The notes under the pieces are model-generated. The model did not search any database, had not been told where the DNA came from, and saw only the letters and a program-made list of their open reading frames with translations. Source: Tubulanus polymorphus (Eukaryota > Animalia > Nemertea). Taken from it: 64,000 nt of DNA. Every line of letters begins with the position of its first letter. Position 1 is the first letter of the stretch. The DNA lies in contig NC_134035.1 in assembly GCF_964204645.1 (NCBI RefSeq), forward strand, positions 1 through 64,000, written 5' to 3'. Of this stretch, positions 51,271 through 64,000 are shown one piece after another. A program made the position numbers and the translations under genes.

Positions 51271-54200
51271 TCAGGATGTTTGAAATACTCGAATGAAGTT
51301 TTTCAGATTGTCCACTGATTGTTGATGTGATGACGACACTGTCATCAGTTCAGTTTTTTCGCGTTCCTGTTGCTGTAAGATAAACAACGAAAATAAACAA
51401 CATCAGAAATTATAATCTAGTAGAAATAAATGCTACCAATCTTAGAATAAACCTTGTATTACAAAGAAAGTTTGGTTTATGCGAGCTATGTTTAGAGACT
51501 GGATCGAGAGGTCAGTGGCTCACTAAGATTTTAAACAAGTCTTATAAGATAAGACCACTTTGACACAACTGTGCAACTGGATCTTAGGTATGCCCAAAGT
51601 TAGTCTTAATGACAATGAAGATTCAGAGTTAAGCTTGAAGATTTATTGATGAATTAATAGTTCTGAATTCACTTACTTCTAAAGTGCCGTCAAAATGCTT
51701 TAATTTCTGTTCAAGTTGTTGTTTTTCAAGGTTCAATTCAACACTTCGTTTCAGCAGTTTCTTTTTTTCTTCTTCTTTTGCTGACAATAAGAACAGCATG
51801 AAAGGATAAACAGCCGTAGCGTGACAGCACCCACACCCCAGACCCCTCTCCTATCATTCTACGTACCAGCCTTCTTAGCGATATAAGCGTGCACAGTAGA
51901 CAACTGTTCGTTGAAATGACTTGTCGAAAGTTTAACTCCGGCGGTCTGAAAAAAAATATTATAGAATCATCTAAAATCTTACCTGGCGATACCTTTGTAT
52001 CATGACTAATTGAATTCCATAAACTCAGGGCCCAGTTGCACGGTTTGGACTATCAATTCTTATTCTAATAATATCGTAGTCTTCAAATAATTAATAAGAC
52101 CAGTCTTTGATTATTGATCCATAATGGTCTTAGGCTGGTCTTAAATCTAAGCCCTTCATGTGCAACTGTTCACCTACAGTTTTATGTGAAATTCATTGTA
52201 AACACTTACTTGACATTTAGGGCAGCTCCAGAGTCCTTTAGGCACAGCAGTTAGAGGTGGTTCTAAACATTGTAAGTGATAAACTAAACTACATGAATCA
52301 CACATCAATAATTCACCACTCGACCCACAAATGCAGCAATAGTTGTCATGGTTTCCATTCTGAAATACAAACACGTTGAAATAAGTTGAAAATGCACAGT
52401 GCTCAACTAAGGTTTAATTGTGTTTGGAAATAAACTGATTCTTATAAAACTCAGAAGACAAATTATTCACACGCATTCAAGACGTTTTATTTAAACAGAC
52501 CTGAACGTCGGTGAGACCGTTTTTGTCGAACGTATGTTTGGAAGGAGAGTGATCAGGAGTTGAAGGGGGACTCGTACACGGTGACAAACATCTCTGATAT
52601 CGACCTGGAAAATATCAACATCAATCATTATATCACAAATCAAACATAGATCGACTTCGTACTCATCCACGGAGAAGGTGATGTCAGTAATTAAACTGTT
52701 GGCCCTTTGTCATTAAACTATGGCAGGATGTAATACAGCACCTACCTCGGGGTCGTTTAGATAGAGGGCTTCCTCCATAACTTCTTCTGTGTAACGGGAT
52801 GAACTACAAAATACAAACATACACATAATTCAAATCTGACATCTCATCTACAGAGAGGAGAGAATAATATTCAGGATGTCTAAGTTACCTCTGATTCGAG
52901 ATGACCCGAGTTCGCGTGACGTTTTCTATCCGAGCGCTTTCTTTGTAAATCTATAAAACATGAGTTTAGATTAATACACAGATATCCTTCACTGGATATA
53001 GAACTCAGGATCCAAATCAAAGTTCTCAGAATTTGCCACAAGAGACAAATATTTGAGGCCCGTTTATCTCAGTGGTCAGTTTGATTTTTAGAGTTTTGAT
53101 TTTCAATGTTTTGTACCTAAAGTCAGATTTTCACCAAGAACTACGGAAAGGAGTCCTGTGAACTCGACTCCACTGGATTACTATTGAGTCTGGTTCAAGA
53201 GAAAGGAGTCCTGTGAACTCGACTCCACTGGATTACTATTGAGTCTGGTTCAAGAGAAAGGAGTCCTGTGAACTCGACTCCACTGGATTACTATTGAGTC
53301 TGGTTCAAGAGAAAGGAGTCCTGTGAACTCGACTCCACTGGATTACTATTGAGTCTGGTTCAAGAGAAAGGAGTCCTGTGAACTCGACTCCACTGGATTA
53401 CTATTGAGTCTGGTTCAAGAGAAAGGAGTCCTGTGAACTCGACTCCACTGGATTACTATTGAGTCTGGTTCAAGAGAAAGGAGTCCTGTGAACTCGACTC
53501 CACTGGATTACTATTGAGTCTGGTTCAAGAGAAAGGAGTCCTGTGAACTCGACTCCACTGGATTACTATTGAGTCTGGTTCAAGAGAAAATTAAACTTCA
53601 CAAAGTGTGGAAAACTGTTTAATCAGGGCGAATGAATTACCTTTCACAGATTCGTGATTGATCAGTTCTAAAGCGGCCATAAAATCGGATTTCTAAAAAT
53701 ACAACAATCAAACATAAATAAAACTACAATGAATATAAACATTTTGGCAGAAACCCGAGATTATTAAAACACTGACCCCAGATTTTCCTTGATGCTGGTG
53801 TTGTTGATTCTGATGAGGTTGTTGTTGATGCAGCTGTTGTTTTCTCTGCGGTGGTGTACGAGATGTTGTATTGTTATCAGTAACTTTATTTGCAGCAGCA
53901 GCAGCAGCGGATTTTTGTGCATTTCGACCCGTAGCGTTTACAGAACGTGGAGATTTACCCTAAAAACAGGACAAAATCAAGTAGATTTAAACATATAAAA
54001 TTGAAAGCAGATTCTTTTCGGAGAATTTTTTATTAATGTCAAAAAATTATTTTCTGAGAATCACAGATTTTAGTTTAAACTCAATAAACTTTGCTCCTAA
54101 ACTTAGACATGGGCAACACTTGTGACTAATTTGGACAAAATCAAAATTTTGATGATTTTCTCTGATCTAGCTTTTCCGACCTCACATTTACTATTATTTT

Positions 54201-55186
54201 GCCAATCACTTCACAAGGCGAAGTTTTCTGCAGCCAAAAATGTGCGATTTGCTCGTTGAAATGAAATACCTGTAATATCGAAGGTCGATTCATACGAAAG
54301 TTAGGAACCCTGAGAGGCGACGAGGGTCGAGGATTCTGTTTACGCTGGTGTTTTTTGTGCTGCGGTTTCTGTACTGCGACCGTCGTCGGTTTTGAAGGTG
54401 ATGGTTTCTGTGCAGGAGCAGGAGCAAATGTAGGAGCATGTTTATTCAGAGTGGAAGAACTAGGATCAACATCCTGAAAATACATCAATTCATACAATTT
54501 AAAGATATTTCTAAGTAAACACTGTCTAGTGTTTTCTGTAGAAGTGATAATGTGAACTCACTGGTAGGGTAGGGGTATGAGGGGGTTTCGGTTTTTCTTT
54601 AGGAGACTGTGGTTTAGTAGCTGGTGTTGTCGTTGCCAAGTCTTTTCTTAATTGTTGAACGATTTTTTTCTGAAAAGATACCCAGAAACAGTTTATCAGA
54701 GAAATGATGAATGCATTGTACGTTTAGAATGGATAAACCTGAAACAAATGTTAAAATCTTAAATCAATGTAACATAAACTGAATCAATAGCATCATTTAA
54801 ATGGATTCAGAGGCAGAATGTTTATGATGAAGAGCTCGACCCACACCTGTTTTTCACTGAGTTGTTGAATTTGTGCTTGAACATCGTTTAACTGTTTCTT
54901 CATCTCGGAATTCTGAAAACGTATAAGGTAAGTTTTTTGAAATAAGAAAGTTTTAACAGAAATCATGAGGCCAGTTTTAAAACTGGTTCGTGAATACAGT
55001 TTACCTGTGGGTCATTTTTTATGCTTTTGACGAGTGTCTGAAAAAGTGTTTGAAACAATTTAATCAGAAATTTGCGTAAGATGAAACGAGAATTCAAGAA
55101 TTCGAGAAATATCTATTTTTTACCTGATGAGTTTGAATTGTGTTTTTAAGCTGTTTCTGAATTTGCGCTAGATCGGATTTAGACAT
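51271..55186 (-). CDS. PHF21A: PHD finger protein 21A/BHC80 (CoREST/LSD1 complex), ~14 coding exons
   Basis: N-terminal coiled coil [53 protein letters not shown]; FMAALELI; KRPRGR AT-hook-like motif; [46 protein letters not shown]; [18 protein letters not shown]. Confidence 0.93.
53147..53586 (+). repeat. Intronic minisatellite, 55-bp unit x 8 perfect copies
   Basis: Unit aaaggagtcctgtgaactcgactccactggattactattgagtctggttcaagag. Confidence 0.98.
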
Positions 55187-55982
55187 GATTCAAAAAATCA
55201 GTTCTTCTTCAAACTTCACGATTTAATTTTCTGAAGAGAATCTGAAAAAGTTTATGCATAAAAAATACAACAAAATGATAATCTGAAGATTTTGTTTTAT
55301 CAAGATTTTGATAATTAATATTATATAAATTATAGAATATAGGTTAAATAGTGAAACTGACAGAATATAGTCACAATAGAATGTGAATTCATGAATGAGA
55401 TGAAAAAGAATCACAACAAATACTTACTTTTTTAAGCAACAAAAAGAAACGTTTAATACGTGGTTTTGATTAATTGTCAAATCGAGGAGGGAAGAGATGG
55501 AAAAATGGATTAAATTGATTCCTCTCAAGTCACTGGATTCAACTCACATCTCTACGCACTGGAGCCAGCCTTTCAAGTTCAATCTTCTCATTCAAAACCA
55601 CTGCTTTTCAATCAGCCTCTTGAATTATTTACAGCGGCGTTTATTCAGATAAACGAACGTATATTGTGAAAATATGAAAAGTCACAAAAAGAAAACAAAC
55701 TTCTTCAATAAAGGATGGCTCCGTGAATTGAACCAAGTGATTGCTCCAGTAAGGCTGGCTCCGTGAATTTCACAGGAATCGATAATCAAATTCAAATTAA
55801 TTTGTTTTAATTTCAAAAATAAATTATTTTGCCTCCTCAATAAGAAAATCAGGCTGGTCCTGGTACTAACATCAACATAACATTTGAAGAGATTGAAGAT
55901 AAAGGCTGTAACCTCCGAAAAATTAGTCAAGTCAAATATAAATAAAGTTTTATTTCACTATCCCTCAGTTAGAAACTTTTTG

Positions 55983-58141
55983 ATGGAGAAAAGTAATTGG
56001 TGCATCACTCCGGAGGAGGGAGGGAAGATGCTGTTACCGCAACTTCATCAAAAATCTGTTTGGGAAGATGAAGAATGCTTCCCTTACTCCTGGATAGACA
56101 CAGGAGCTGGTAAGATTTTAGACCCCCCTCGAGTCTTCTTTTCCCGTTTATGTTACTTAAAGTTTCTTCTTTTTATTTGTAAATGACACTGTACATGCTG
56201 TATTAACTATTCTGTTTTGTAGAGGACTGCAATAAATTGGATCGAAAAGCACTAATTGAACGTATCAGTGAACTTTTGAACGTCGTCAAGAACTTGGAAC
56301 ATGTGATCGATTTGAAGGATGTTCAAATTACAGAATGCAACAGGTAACAAAAAGAGTTGTTGTGGATGTATGAAAGGGAAAGGTGTGGAACTGTGGATAG
56401 GTGGAATAGAGATGTGGAAACGGTTGAAGGAGGTGAAGAATGATGAGTATTATTTCTATATTTCAGTATGTTGGATCATTTAATACAATTAAACGCGGAA
56501 CTCATGAGAAAATTCTCAGATCAACGAGTTAAAGAAGAATCCAGGAACGAAAGAGCTGAAAGCGTCAACTCGGAGCAGGATGGCTCCGAGCGGTACAGAG
56601 ATGGAGCAATAACTAGTGAATCGCAGAAACTGTGTCGAGAGATAATCAGTGAACTGTTCTCATCGGTCGGAGTAGAACCTGGAGTTGAATATTCCTCCGG
56701 TCCGGAGACAGATCGGAGGAATATTGCTATTCAAACAGAGTTAGACATGATGAGTGACTGGGAATCACTGATGTCTTACCGCGATCAGCCTGATAAATCA
56801 TTCCCCGTTGTCTTGACTCCCGCTGCATCGCCACGGTTACCGCTACTACAAACACGATCAAACGTCGAAATCAATTTGTTCGCGGAAACCATGGCGACCG
56901 AAATATTGAACGTCGCGAGTAAATCGGAAAGCGCGATAGATGGCGCTGTCAGAGCTCCCGAACGGGCAGTCGGATTTAAAACTACTTCCTGGCGCCCTCT
57001 GACGGGAATATCAGAATATCTGAGCAACACACTCAGCTACGAGACGACGACCTGGAGTAGTAACCATGACGACAACGATGAATCGATTATAGCTGATGAA
57101 GTGATGCCGGAATTTTCATTAATAGATTCTCAGGTGGAGGAGAGTGAGCAGGGGTCGGAGGGGTGCGAGCAGAGGTTGGAGGAGAGTGAGCAGGGGTCGG
57201 AGGGGCGCGAGCAGAGGTTGGAGGAGAGTGAGCAGGGGTCGGAGGGGCGCGAGCAGAGGTTGGAGGAGAGTGAGCAGGGGGTAGAGAGACCTCACACATC
57301 AGTCGGGTCGAATAAACGAGATGTTGATATTCTCATTGTTGGAAGTGAGGTTTATAAATCATCCGAGAGTAGTAGCGACGATGATACTCTAGGAATAATT
57401 GATGATGATGACGGCGATGATGATGACAACCTCTTCGAATCGGATACCGACGAAAATAATAATTCCGACGATTTAAACGCCGATGACGTCGCCGTGGTTA
57501 CAGCCATCGAGGGAGTCGAGAAATTAGACTTGGATTCGATAAAAGATGAAAACATGGAAAATGAGAATCAGTCGGAAACGAGGAGGAAATCCGATCGGAA
57601 ATGTGTCGAGACGGACGACGAGTCGCCGCGACGACCAATCGATTTACAATGCAGCGGTCGACAGATGGAATTACAAAGTAAACCGGTTTTATTGCGAAAA
57701 ACATCGGCAAAATTATTAGAAAAACGACCGACAAAATCGAACAATTCGGTTCTGTCTCCGCGTAAAACCATGACGACGACGAGTCAAGGTTCGAGTTCGG
57801 GTGCGAGTCCCGGGCGACAGTTACGCGATCACAGTCACTGTTCCCGTAGCGCCTGCCCGAACAGTAAAGATATCGTTCATTTGAGTTTAAGAGACGTTCC
57901 ACCGGCTAAACTACCGTTCCGCGGTAACGCAGCTGCGGTTCCGTCTGTTCGTAAATCCCTCGACGGTTTCAACAGTTCACCGAGAATGATGGCGACTTTT
58001 CCTCCGCCTGCTGCGGCTACTCAACATCCCGCGAAGAATTTACCTTCACTGCCATCTGCTAAATATCCTACTATAGACATGTCAGATCGAGTTGGCTTCA
58101 CTTTTTCTGCGGATAAAAAGAAAAAACCATCCGGACTTTAA
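55983..58141 (+). CDS. Uncharacterised ~640-aa protein: N-terminal coiled coil, acidic/disordered middle, Ser/Pro/basic tail; exons 55983-56109, 56223-56343, 56467-58141
   Basis: 557-codon ORF joined in phase to two upstream exons (MEKSNWC..; DRKALIERISELLNVVKNLEHVIDLKD). Head-to-head with PHF21A. Confidence 0.75.
57134..57280 (+). repeat. Coding tandem repeat, 42 bp x 3.5 (EESEQGSEGREQRL)
   Basis: In-frame repeat visible in DNA and protein. Confidence 0.92.
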
Positions 58142-59120
58142 ACTTCAATTCTTCAGATTCCAGTTGGATGTTTTTAGACAGGACACAATTTGTTCAACTG
58201 GAACCGATAAATCTGATGACAATACTTTGGATAGTACTTAAACTTGAATACTTTCAAGTTGAATTCTCTAAAACTAAAACATGGATATTAAAACCATTTC
58301 AATGGAATATCGATGAAATCTTCTCCTGAACTTGAATTATCACTTAAACCTCAAATGAACACAAATCACTTGATTTGATTAAATTCTCGATCAGCGGACC
58401 CACGGTCTCCTAATACTGTATCTGAAATCGATATTTCTAATATGACAATCACAAATGTTGTAATGTATTATCAAGTCTCATGTCTGCATTTAATTTTTTC
58501 CTGAGAATATTTCATTTTCTTGTTATTAATCTCTATGCAAACGTATTGTTTAAAACTCTTGTCTCCTGCTGTGCTGCGTTAATGCATTTAATGTGGAATG
58601 TATTTTTAGGAAGTTTATGATCTATAGGAACTATTAGGATCTATAGGAATTTACTAATGTTTGGTGGTTATAAGATTAGTATTCAAATGCATAATATAAA
58701 CTGGTGCTCCCCCAACAAGAGTGACATCTTAAGTAAAAGTACAGTGTAAAATGTTAGGGTTGTTCAATTGCATTTTTGTATTTTGCCAGTTTTGGATTGT
58801 TTTATTTTGTGAATAAAAGTTGGTTTATTAAATTTAAATTACATATTTCTTGTCTGTAGTTTTTCGTGGCAAGTAGTTATTGGATCCAAAAGACTTATTA
58901 GTTTGGAGGATGGACAGAGATTACTCCATTACTCGGGGTTCGAACCCGATCGTATTTGGCGCTGTAGCGGAAGTGACGAGTGAGGTCGCTGTATGTAAAT
59001 GAGAGGTCATGACCTCCATATAGCGTTCAATACAATCGATATTCGAGCTGGAATTTGACGAGGATTCCGTCTTTGATTCATGATTTTGGAATTATCCGAG
59101 CGCGTATTTTCTCACGGAAC

Positions 59121-60946
59121 ATGTCGAAAGATGTATTTAAAGGTAAACGAACGGTTAACAGTGAATTGAATGAAGATTAATCGTGAATAAACTCGTGTGC
59201 AGTAGATTAATCAGCTCATATCCCGTACACCTGCCTTATTCGCGCTTATTCTCTCCTACTCATTTTAATTTACTGTATACGTCGTTATTGCGAGGTATAT
59301 TTTCTAATAAACTCCGCTTACTTGTTCACACATGTCTCGTGTTTATCTATGTGAATTTTCGGGTGAATCGATGCGATATTTCTATATGAAAACAGCGTTT
59401 GAATTTGACTCTTCGTTTTTCTCAGTTCGGGACAGTAGAGAAGAATGAAATATGGCGCCCGACTCGACTATTCGTGTTAACGAGACGAGTTACCTACAAT
59501 AATTAGATAGCTCCCGTTAAACAAACGTGTCTGAATAAAATTCAAAGCAAAAATAAACTATTTAGAGCTTTGTGCATCTCTGTACCTTTCAAATATTGCC
59601 AATGGGTAATCATTCTTAGGATGGTGGGTTCTCATCGGTTGGATATACTCCACTCACCGCCCCCATATCTGTGTGTCGAGGCCCCCTTACTCCTAAATCG
59701 GCCAATCTATCAGCACCAGTTCTCTCACTGATGTGGGTCCCCTCATCAATCATTAGTCCTACAATTATCAACTCTGACCAGGAGAACGACAGGTAGGACG
59801 GTGAATATTTTGCCGACACAGCATTATTATATTTTAGTAAATCCCATTTTACTGACATCAACATATTTACTATAAAATAAGAATAACAATGAATTTAGTA
59901 TATAAGGTTTAGGGATAGGATGCTACGAATAATGCCGCATTGGCAAAATGCCAGCCATTTAGTTTTGTCTTATTGTCATGTGTGTTTTTTTCAGCTCCTA
60001 AAGCTCGACACAGTCGAGCAGACAGTCACAGCGGGCCACAGTCTATTGATGAATCACAAAATAATTTGGTTAGTTCGTTATTTCAATTAACTCAGAACTG
60101 AGAGACTAAATTCAGACTAGTCAAGTACCCATTGTTCCTGAAACAGAATCCATTTTAAGAGTACTTTGGGATTTCGTGTGGTTTTGTTTCAGCTGACTCT
60201 AACCTGAATGATTAGGTCTCTGACTCGGTCTCATATCTCTCAGTTTATTGAATGTAGTTTATTTGATGTATATTTCTCTCGTGCTGTAGTCGAGGTCTCC
60301 GAGAGTCAAACGACGTCGAACTAAAGAAGATTTCTACAGTTTTTGTAACATAGTTCTCGCTTATACACAATACGAGCCACAGAAATCAGTGGAAGTAAGT
60401 TTAATCCTCGATTCACCGGATTAAACTTAATCCGGATTAACCATATGCTCTATGAGAGAATAATGATTTGATTGATTTGATGTTTTCAGGATCTTAGGAA
60501 TCATCACAACACAAGTCCGGTAGATAGTGGAGGAAGTACGGCTGATAGTTTCACCTCAGAATCAACATCGAGTTCAGTAGAATCACAGGATACTCTGCCA
60601 TCTCCGGTGAAAAGTACGTAGCACAAATATTCGGGCAAATTTGAAGAATGTCAGCGTAAAGCGCGAGCAGTAACAGCGTATTTATAATGTATTTATATTG
60701 TATATTTTAGATACAGAAGATTATGATTTAATAACGTGTTTCTGTATGAAACCGTTCGCTGGTCGACCGATGATCGAATGTTCGCTGTGTTTAACTTGGA
60801 TTCATTTATCGTGTGCTAAAATACGTCGTACAAACATCCCCGACGAATACGTCTGCCAACAATGTAAAGACGCAAAACTGAGCACGCGTAAATCCGTGCG
60901 TCGCTACGGGCCGTCGCCTGGCAACAACTCTCCGAATACTGTATAG
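59121..60946 (+). CDS. PHF13: PHF13/PHF23-like PHD finger protein; exons ~59121-59142, 59995-60068, 60290-60394, 60490-60614, 60711-60946
   Basis: Family motif [19 protein letters not shown] and [50 protein letters not shown]. Confidence 0.88.
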
Positions 60947-63518
60947 CTACGTTTTCATCGTTCGAATTGTGAAAAACAAACGATTCATCATCGGCGCTAT
61001 AGAAACCGGTCGCTTAGCAACCTAACTTATAGTGCGCGTTGTCACGGTAACTGGTGACGCCTCGTTTCCGAGGTGGTGTTATTGGCAGCAGAGATTATTA
61101 TTTTTCTAGTTGCTATTGGCAACAACAGCAGCAGCAGCTTCCAGTGTTGGATATAGAGAGAGAGTGGGGGCAAACAACGTGCTTTTCATCGGTAAAATTG
61201 CGATTGTTTCTACAGTTGAAGCACAAAAGTTTTATGAACTAGATTTACTAGGTTGAATGATAGATTCTTACGGTTATCGGGATGATTTAAATTGTTCGAT
61301 GAAAATATTGATTTATCTGTAATACATTGTTGAATATTGTTTATATCTCTCTAATCGGTTCATTGCTGTTGGTTACAAAATTTGAAATGATTTCATTCTG
61401 GAATCTGACGATGAATTAATTAACGACATTCCTTCTTCAATCGCGTTCATCGTCAAGGAAAATATATAACAGAGGCAGCCGGTTATATCTTCTGTGAATA
61501 AAATGGTCGTTTATTCCAGAAGTTTGTGCTGTAAATAAAACGCAGGGAAATCTAATTCAAACTCAGTCCCTCAAATGACTCAAGGAAATTACAGTAGACT
61601 CAACTCAAGTCTGATTTTTTTGGGCGGGACAAAATTTGTACGAGTGATGCATTACTATGATTTGGATGGTTCATAATCCATACATCATCGGGTCAGAAAA
61701 CAACATTTCTTAAGTTAAATGATTAACTCGGAGTTGACATGATTTGAGTCTACTATAGGCCTAGTCTGTATCAGATATTTGAACGATGAAGTTAGTTGGT
61801 TGTGAGTTTGAAATTGATTGTATTCATTCTCTTAAATGCGCACAGAAATCAGGTAACTGATGAAATAGAAGAATTCTGAGTGAGGAAAGACTCCTTTAAA
61901 CTCGAATGCGTTCATCACATTGCAACAGAATGTAAATTGAATTCCACATTAATCACTGGTACCAATTGTTATGTTAGAAGGAGTCTACTGTACGTTAACT
62001 TACTGGCTAGGATAATGATAATGTATATGACTAAATCATAGATTGCATAATGTATATTGAATTGTCTTATTTCTTGCGTCTGAAATTATACTAATAAATA
62101 ATTATTTTTTCGAATCGATGATTTCTATAGCAATAATAACGATTATTACTTTTTTAACTATACAAATTTTCCGACTGTAAAAAATCTATGATTGATAATA
62201 ATTTTGATCGCAAAGACATCGAAAATACAGTGAAAACTCCTTCCGTTTCAATAAAATTGCCCAACTTAACTTAAGCTAACAAATTCCAGGCTAGTCAGGG
62301 CAACATCGGGTTGTCATCACATGAATGAAGTAAAATTATTCTAAACATCATCCAAGGCAAGTGCAGTCTTTTAAATTCTGATATACTCTTGTCTATTATG
62401 CGACAATTAAATAATTTAGAAATTCTCGATCCATCATTAATTAATTATTGAGTTGATCCGAAAAAGAGTTAACTGTATTTTGTAAATTATTCGTTGCGTT
62501 TTCGATGTTCCCATTTTACACCAATCATCAATGTTAAATTATTTTGTCGTCACAGTTTTTCAGTGTTTTGTGTTTAGCGAGTTTTATGGTGCATTGATTG
62601 TGTATAAAAGTGAAAGACGTCCTGATTGTAGTGGAGACCTGTAAATTACAACCATTAATGCCAGCCTCGATCCTCAAAGGGGTCATTTACATCTTATACA
62701 GTGAAACTAACGTAGAGAGTTGTCCTATGATTTGGGACGATCCACTTTGACAATTGAATTGGAAATACAAATTGGAACAGAAAAAGAGATGGCTTCAGTA
62801 ACGTGATGACTTTATCAGTTTCACTGACCAGTGTAAGTTGTTTTATTAGTTTCACTGAAGTCGTCTAATTTTTAATCCAAATTTGTATTTGTAATTCAGT
62901 TTACTATTAGTACAAATCGTCATTTGATGATAAGGTAAATCTTTGCCGACAGGTGCTTTTTTTGAGCTATTTTTGAGACCCTATCTCTGTTTAAATGTTC
63001 CAATTAATCTAAGATCTTATTAGGTTCAGTTTAGCTGAACAGCGGTTTCTGAACTGTCTAATTGAAATAGACAGGATTTTTTAATTGATGATTGAGTTAG
63101 CTGAACTGTGTCTACAGAGCTGCAGTTGCTCGAAAGTTGGTTGAGTTAAACCAGTGAATATTTAAGATAGTGAAAATTAGAGGTTCATTGTTACTATGGT
63201 ATCTATCCAGCGATTATCTTTAACCAACTATTGAATAACTGCAATGCGAGGATTTTAATAACGATGACAAACGTTTCAGTTTTCACTCAGTTCTCTCTAA
63301 TAATAAATAAATAAACTACTGATGAACGATGGATAATACATGTTATTTGTAAATAGATATATTGATACAAAAATTGTAAATATTCATGGTTAAAAAAAGG
63401 TCATTTTGTGCATTGATACAAAACAGAAAATACAGTGAATTCATTAATAATGAATGTGGTATGTTTTATATTTAATCTGGTCACGTTTGATGATTATGAC
63501 TAAGCTGAAAGCAGATTA

Positions 63519-63780
63519 TTTTTATGCCCCTCCCCACAACCCATTGCGTGGAGTGTACTGTAATCCCTTTGTCATCCCTGCAGTGGTTTCCGTCCCCACC
63601 AAAACCGTTGAACAGATTTTCCTGAAATTCAGCAACTAGTTGACGATAGTAACTGATGAGATTTTGGGTCCTGCAGGTCCAAGGTAACAACTTCAATATT
63701 AAACTCCCTCTAGTGACGGGAACAAAAAACTGGTTCACCCCAAATCCCCTGTGAGGAGACGAATCCTAAGACAGCGATAA
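63519..63780 (+). mobile_element. Possible Helentron-associated (HINE/DINE-like) interspersed element fragment
   Basis: Starts tttttatgcccc..; internal gaacagattttcctgaaatt and aggtccaaggt motifs resemble such elements. Weak support. Confidence 0.3.
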
Positions 63781-64000
63781 CAAATATCAAGACTATAAGT
63801 TATATTTTCATCGACTGTATTGATTTGTGTTTCCATCGTTTTTAAGATCGTACGGATCAGAAACGCGTTCGAAAACTGCTAGATATTTATCTCCATTGTT
63901 TCTCGTTACTTTCTGTCCCTCCTCGGTGCTGTCGTAGAGTTTCGGTACAATAGGGTCGTCTTTCTGTAGAGACAAAAATTTCATCACAACCTACTGGAAT

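Noticed and set aside
58931-58952. tRNA B-box-like ggttcgaaccc (also ggttcgaatcc at ~27388)
   Set aside because: No cloverleaf or A box could be built around it.
61000-64000. Short ORFs in the last 3 kb
   Set aside because: AT-rich 3'UTR/intergenic sequence with no recognisable motifs or consistent exon chain.

Overview
This is AT-rich, intron-containing animal genomic DNA. Gene content and intron style suggest an invertebrate, probably a lophotrochozoan (inference). No prokaryotic features, CRISPR array, rRNA or tRNA were seen. About 12 spliced protein-coding genes can be read: a secreted PAN/apple + degenerate C-type-lectin-like protein, a soluble single-domain ACE-type peptidase, DDX19 (intronless CDS), GOLT1, TEFM, cathepsin D, MAP1LC3, chitobiase (CTBS), synaptojanin, an orphan secreted helical precursor, PHF21A, an uncharacterised acidic/disordered protein and a PHF13/PHF23-like PHD protein. 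There is also a tandemly duplicated, apparently non-coding spliced unit at the start, many intronic minisatellites and several MITE-like elements. The most novel-looking item is the orphan gene at 46633-50316 (-), which the ORF track does not assemble. It encodes a signal peptide, a KR cleavage site and amphipathic helices starting GLFD. It has two duplicated, homologous, alternative terminal exons, each with its own poly(A) signal and each ending in an amidation-type Gly (..IGR* / ..AG*). Exon boundaries were read by eye from GT/AG sites and phase consistency.
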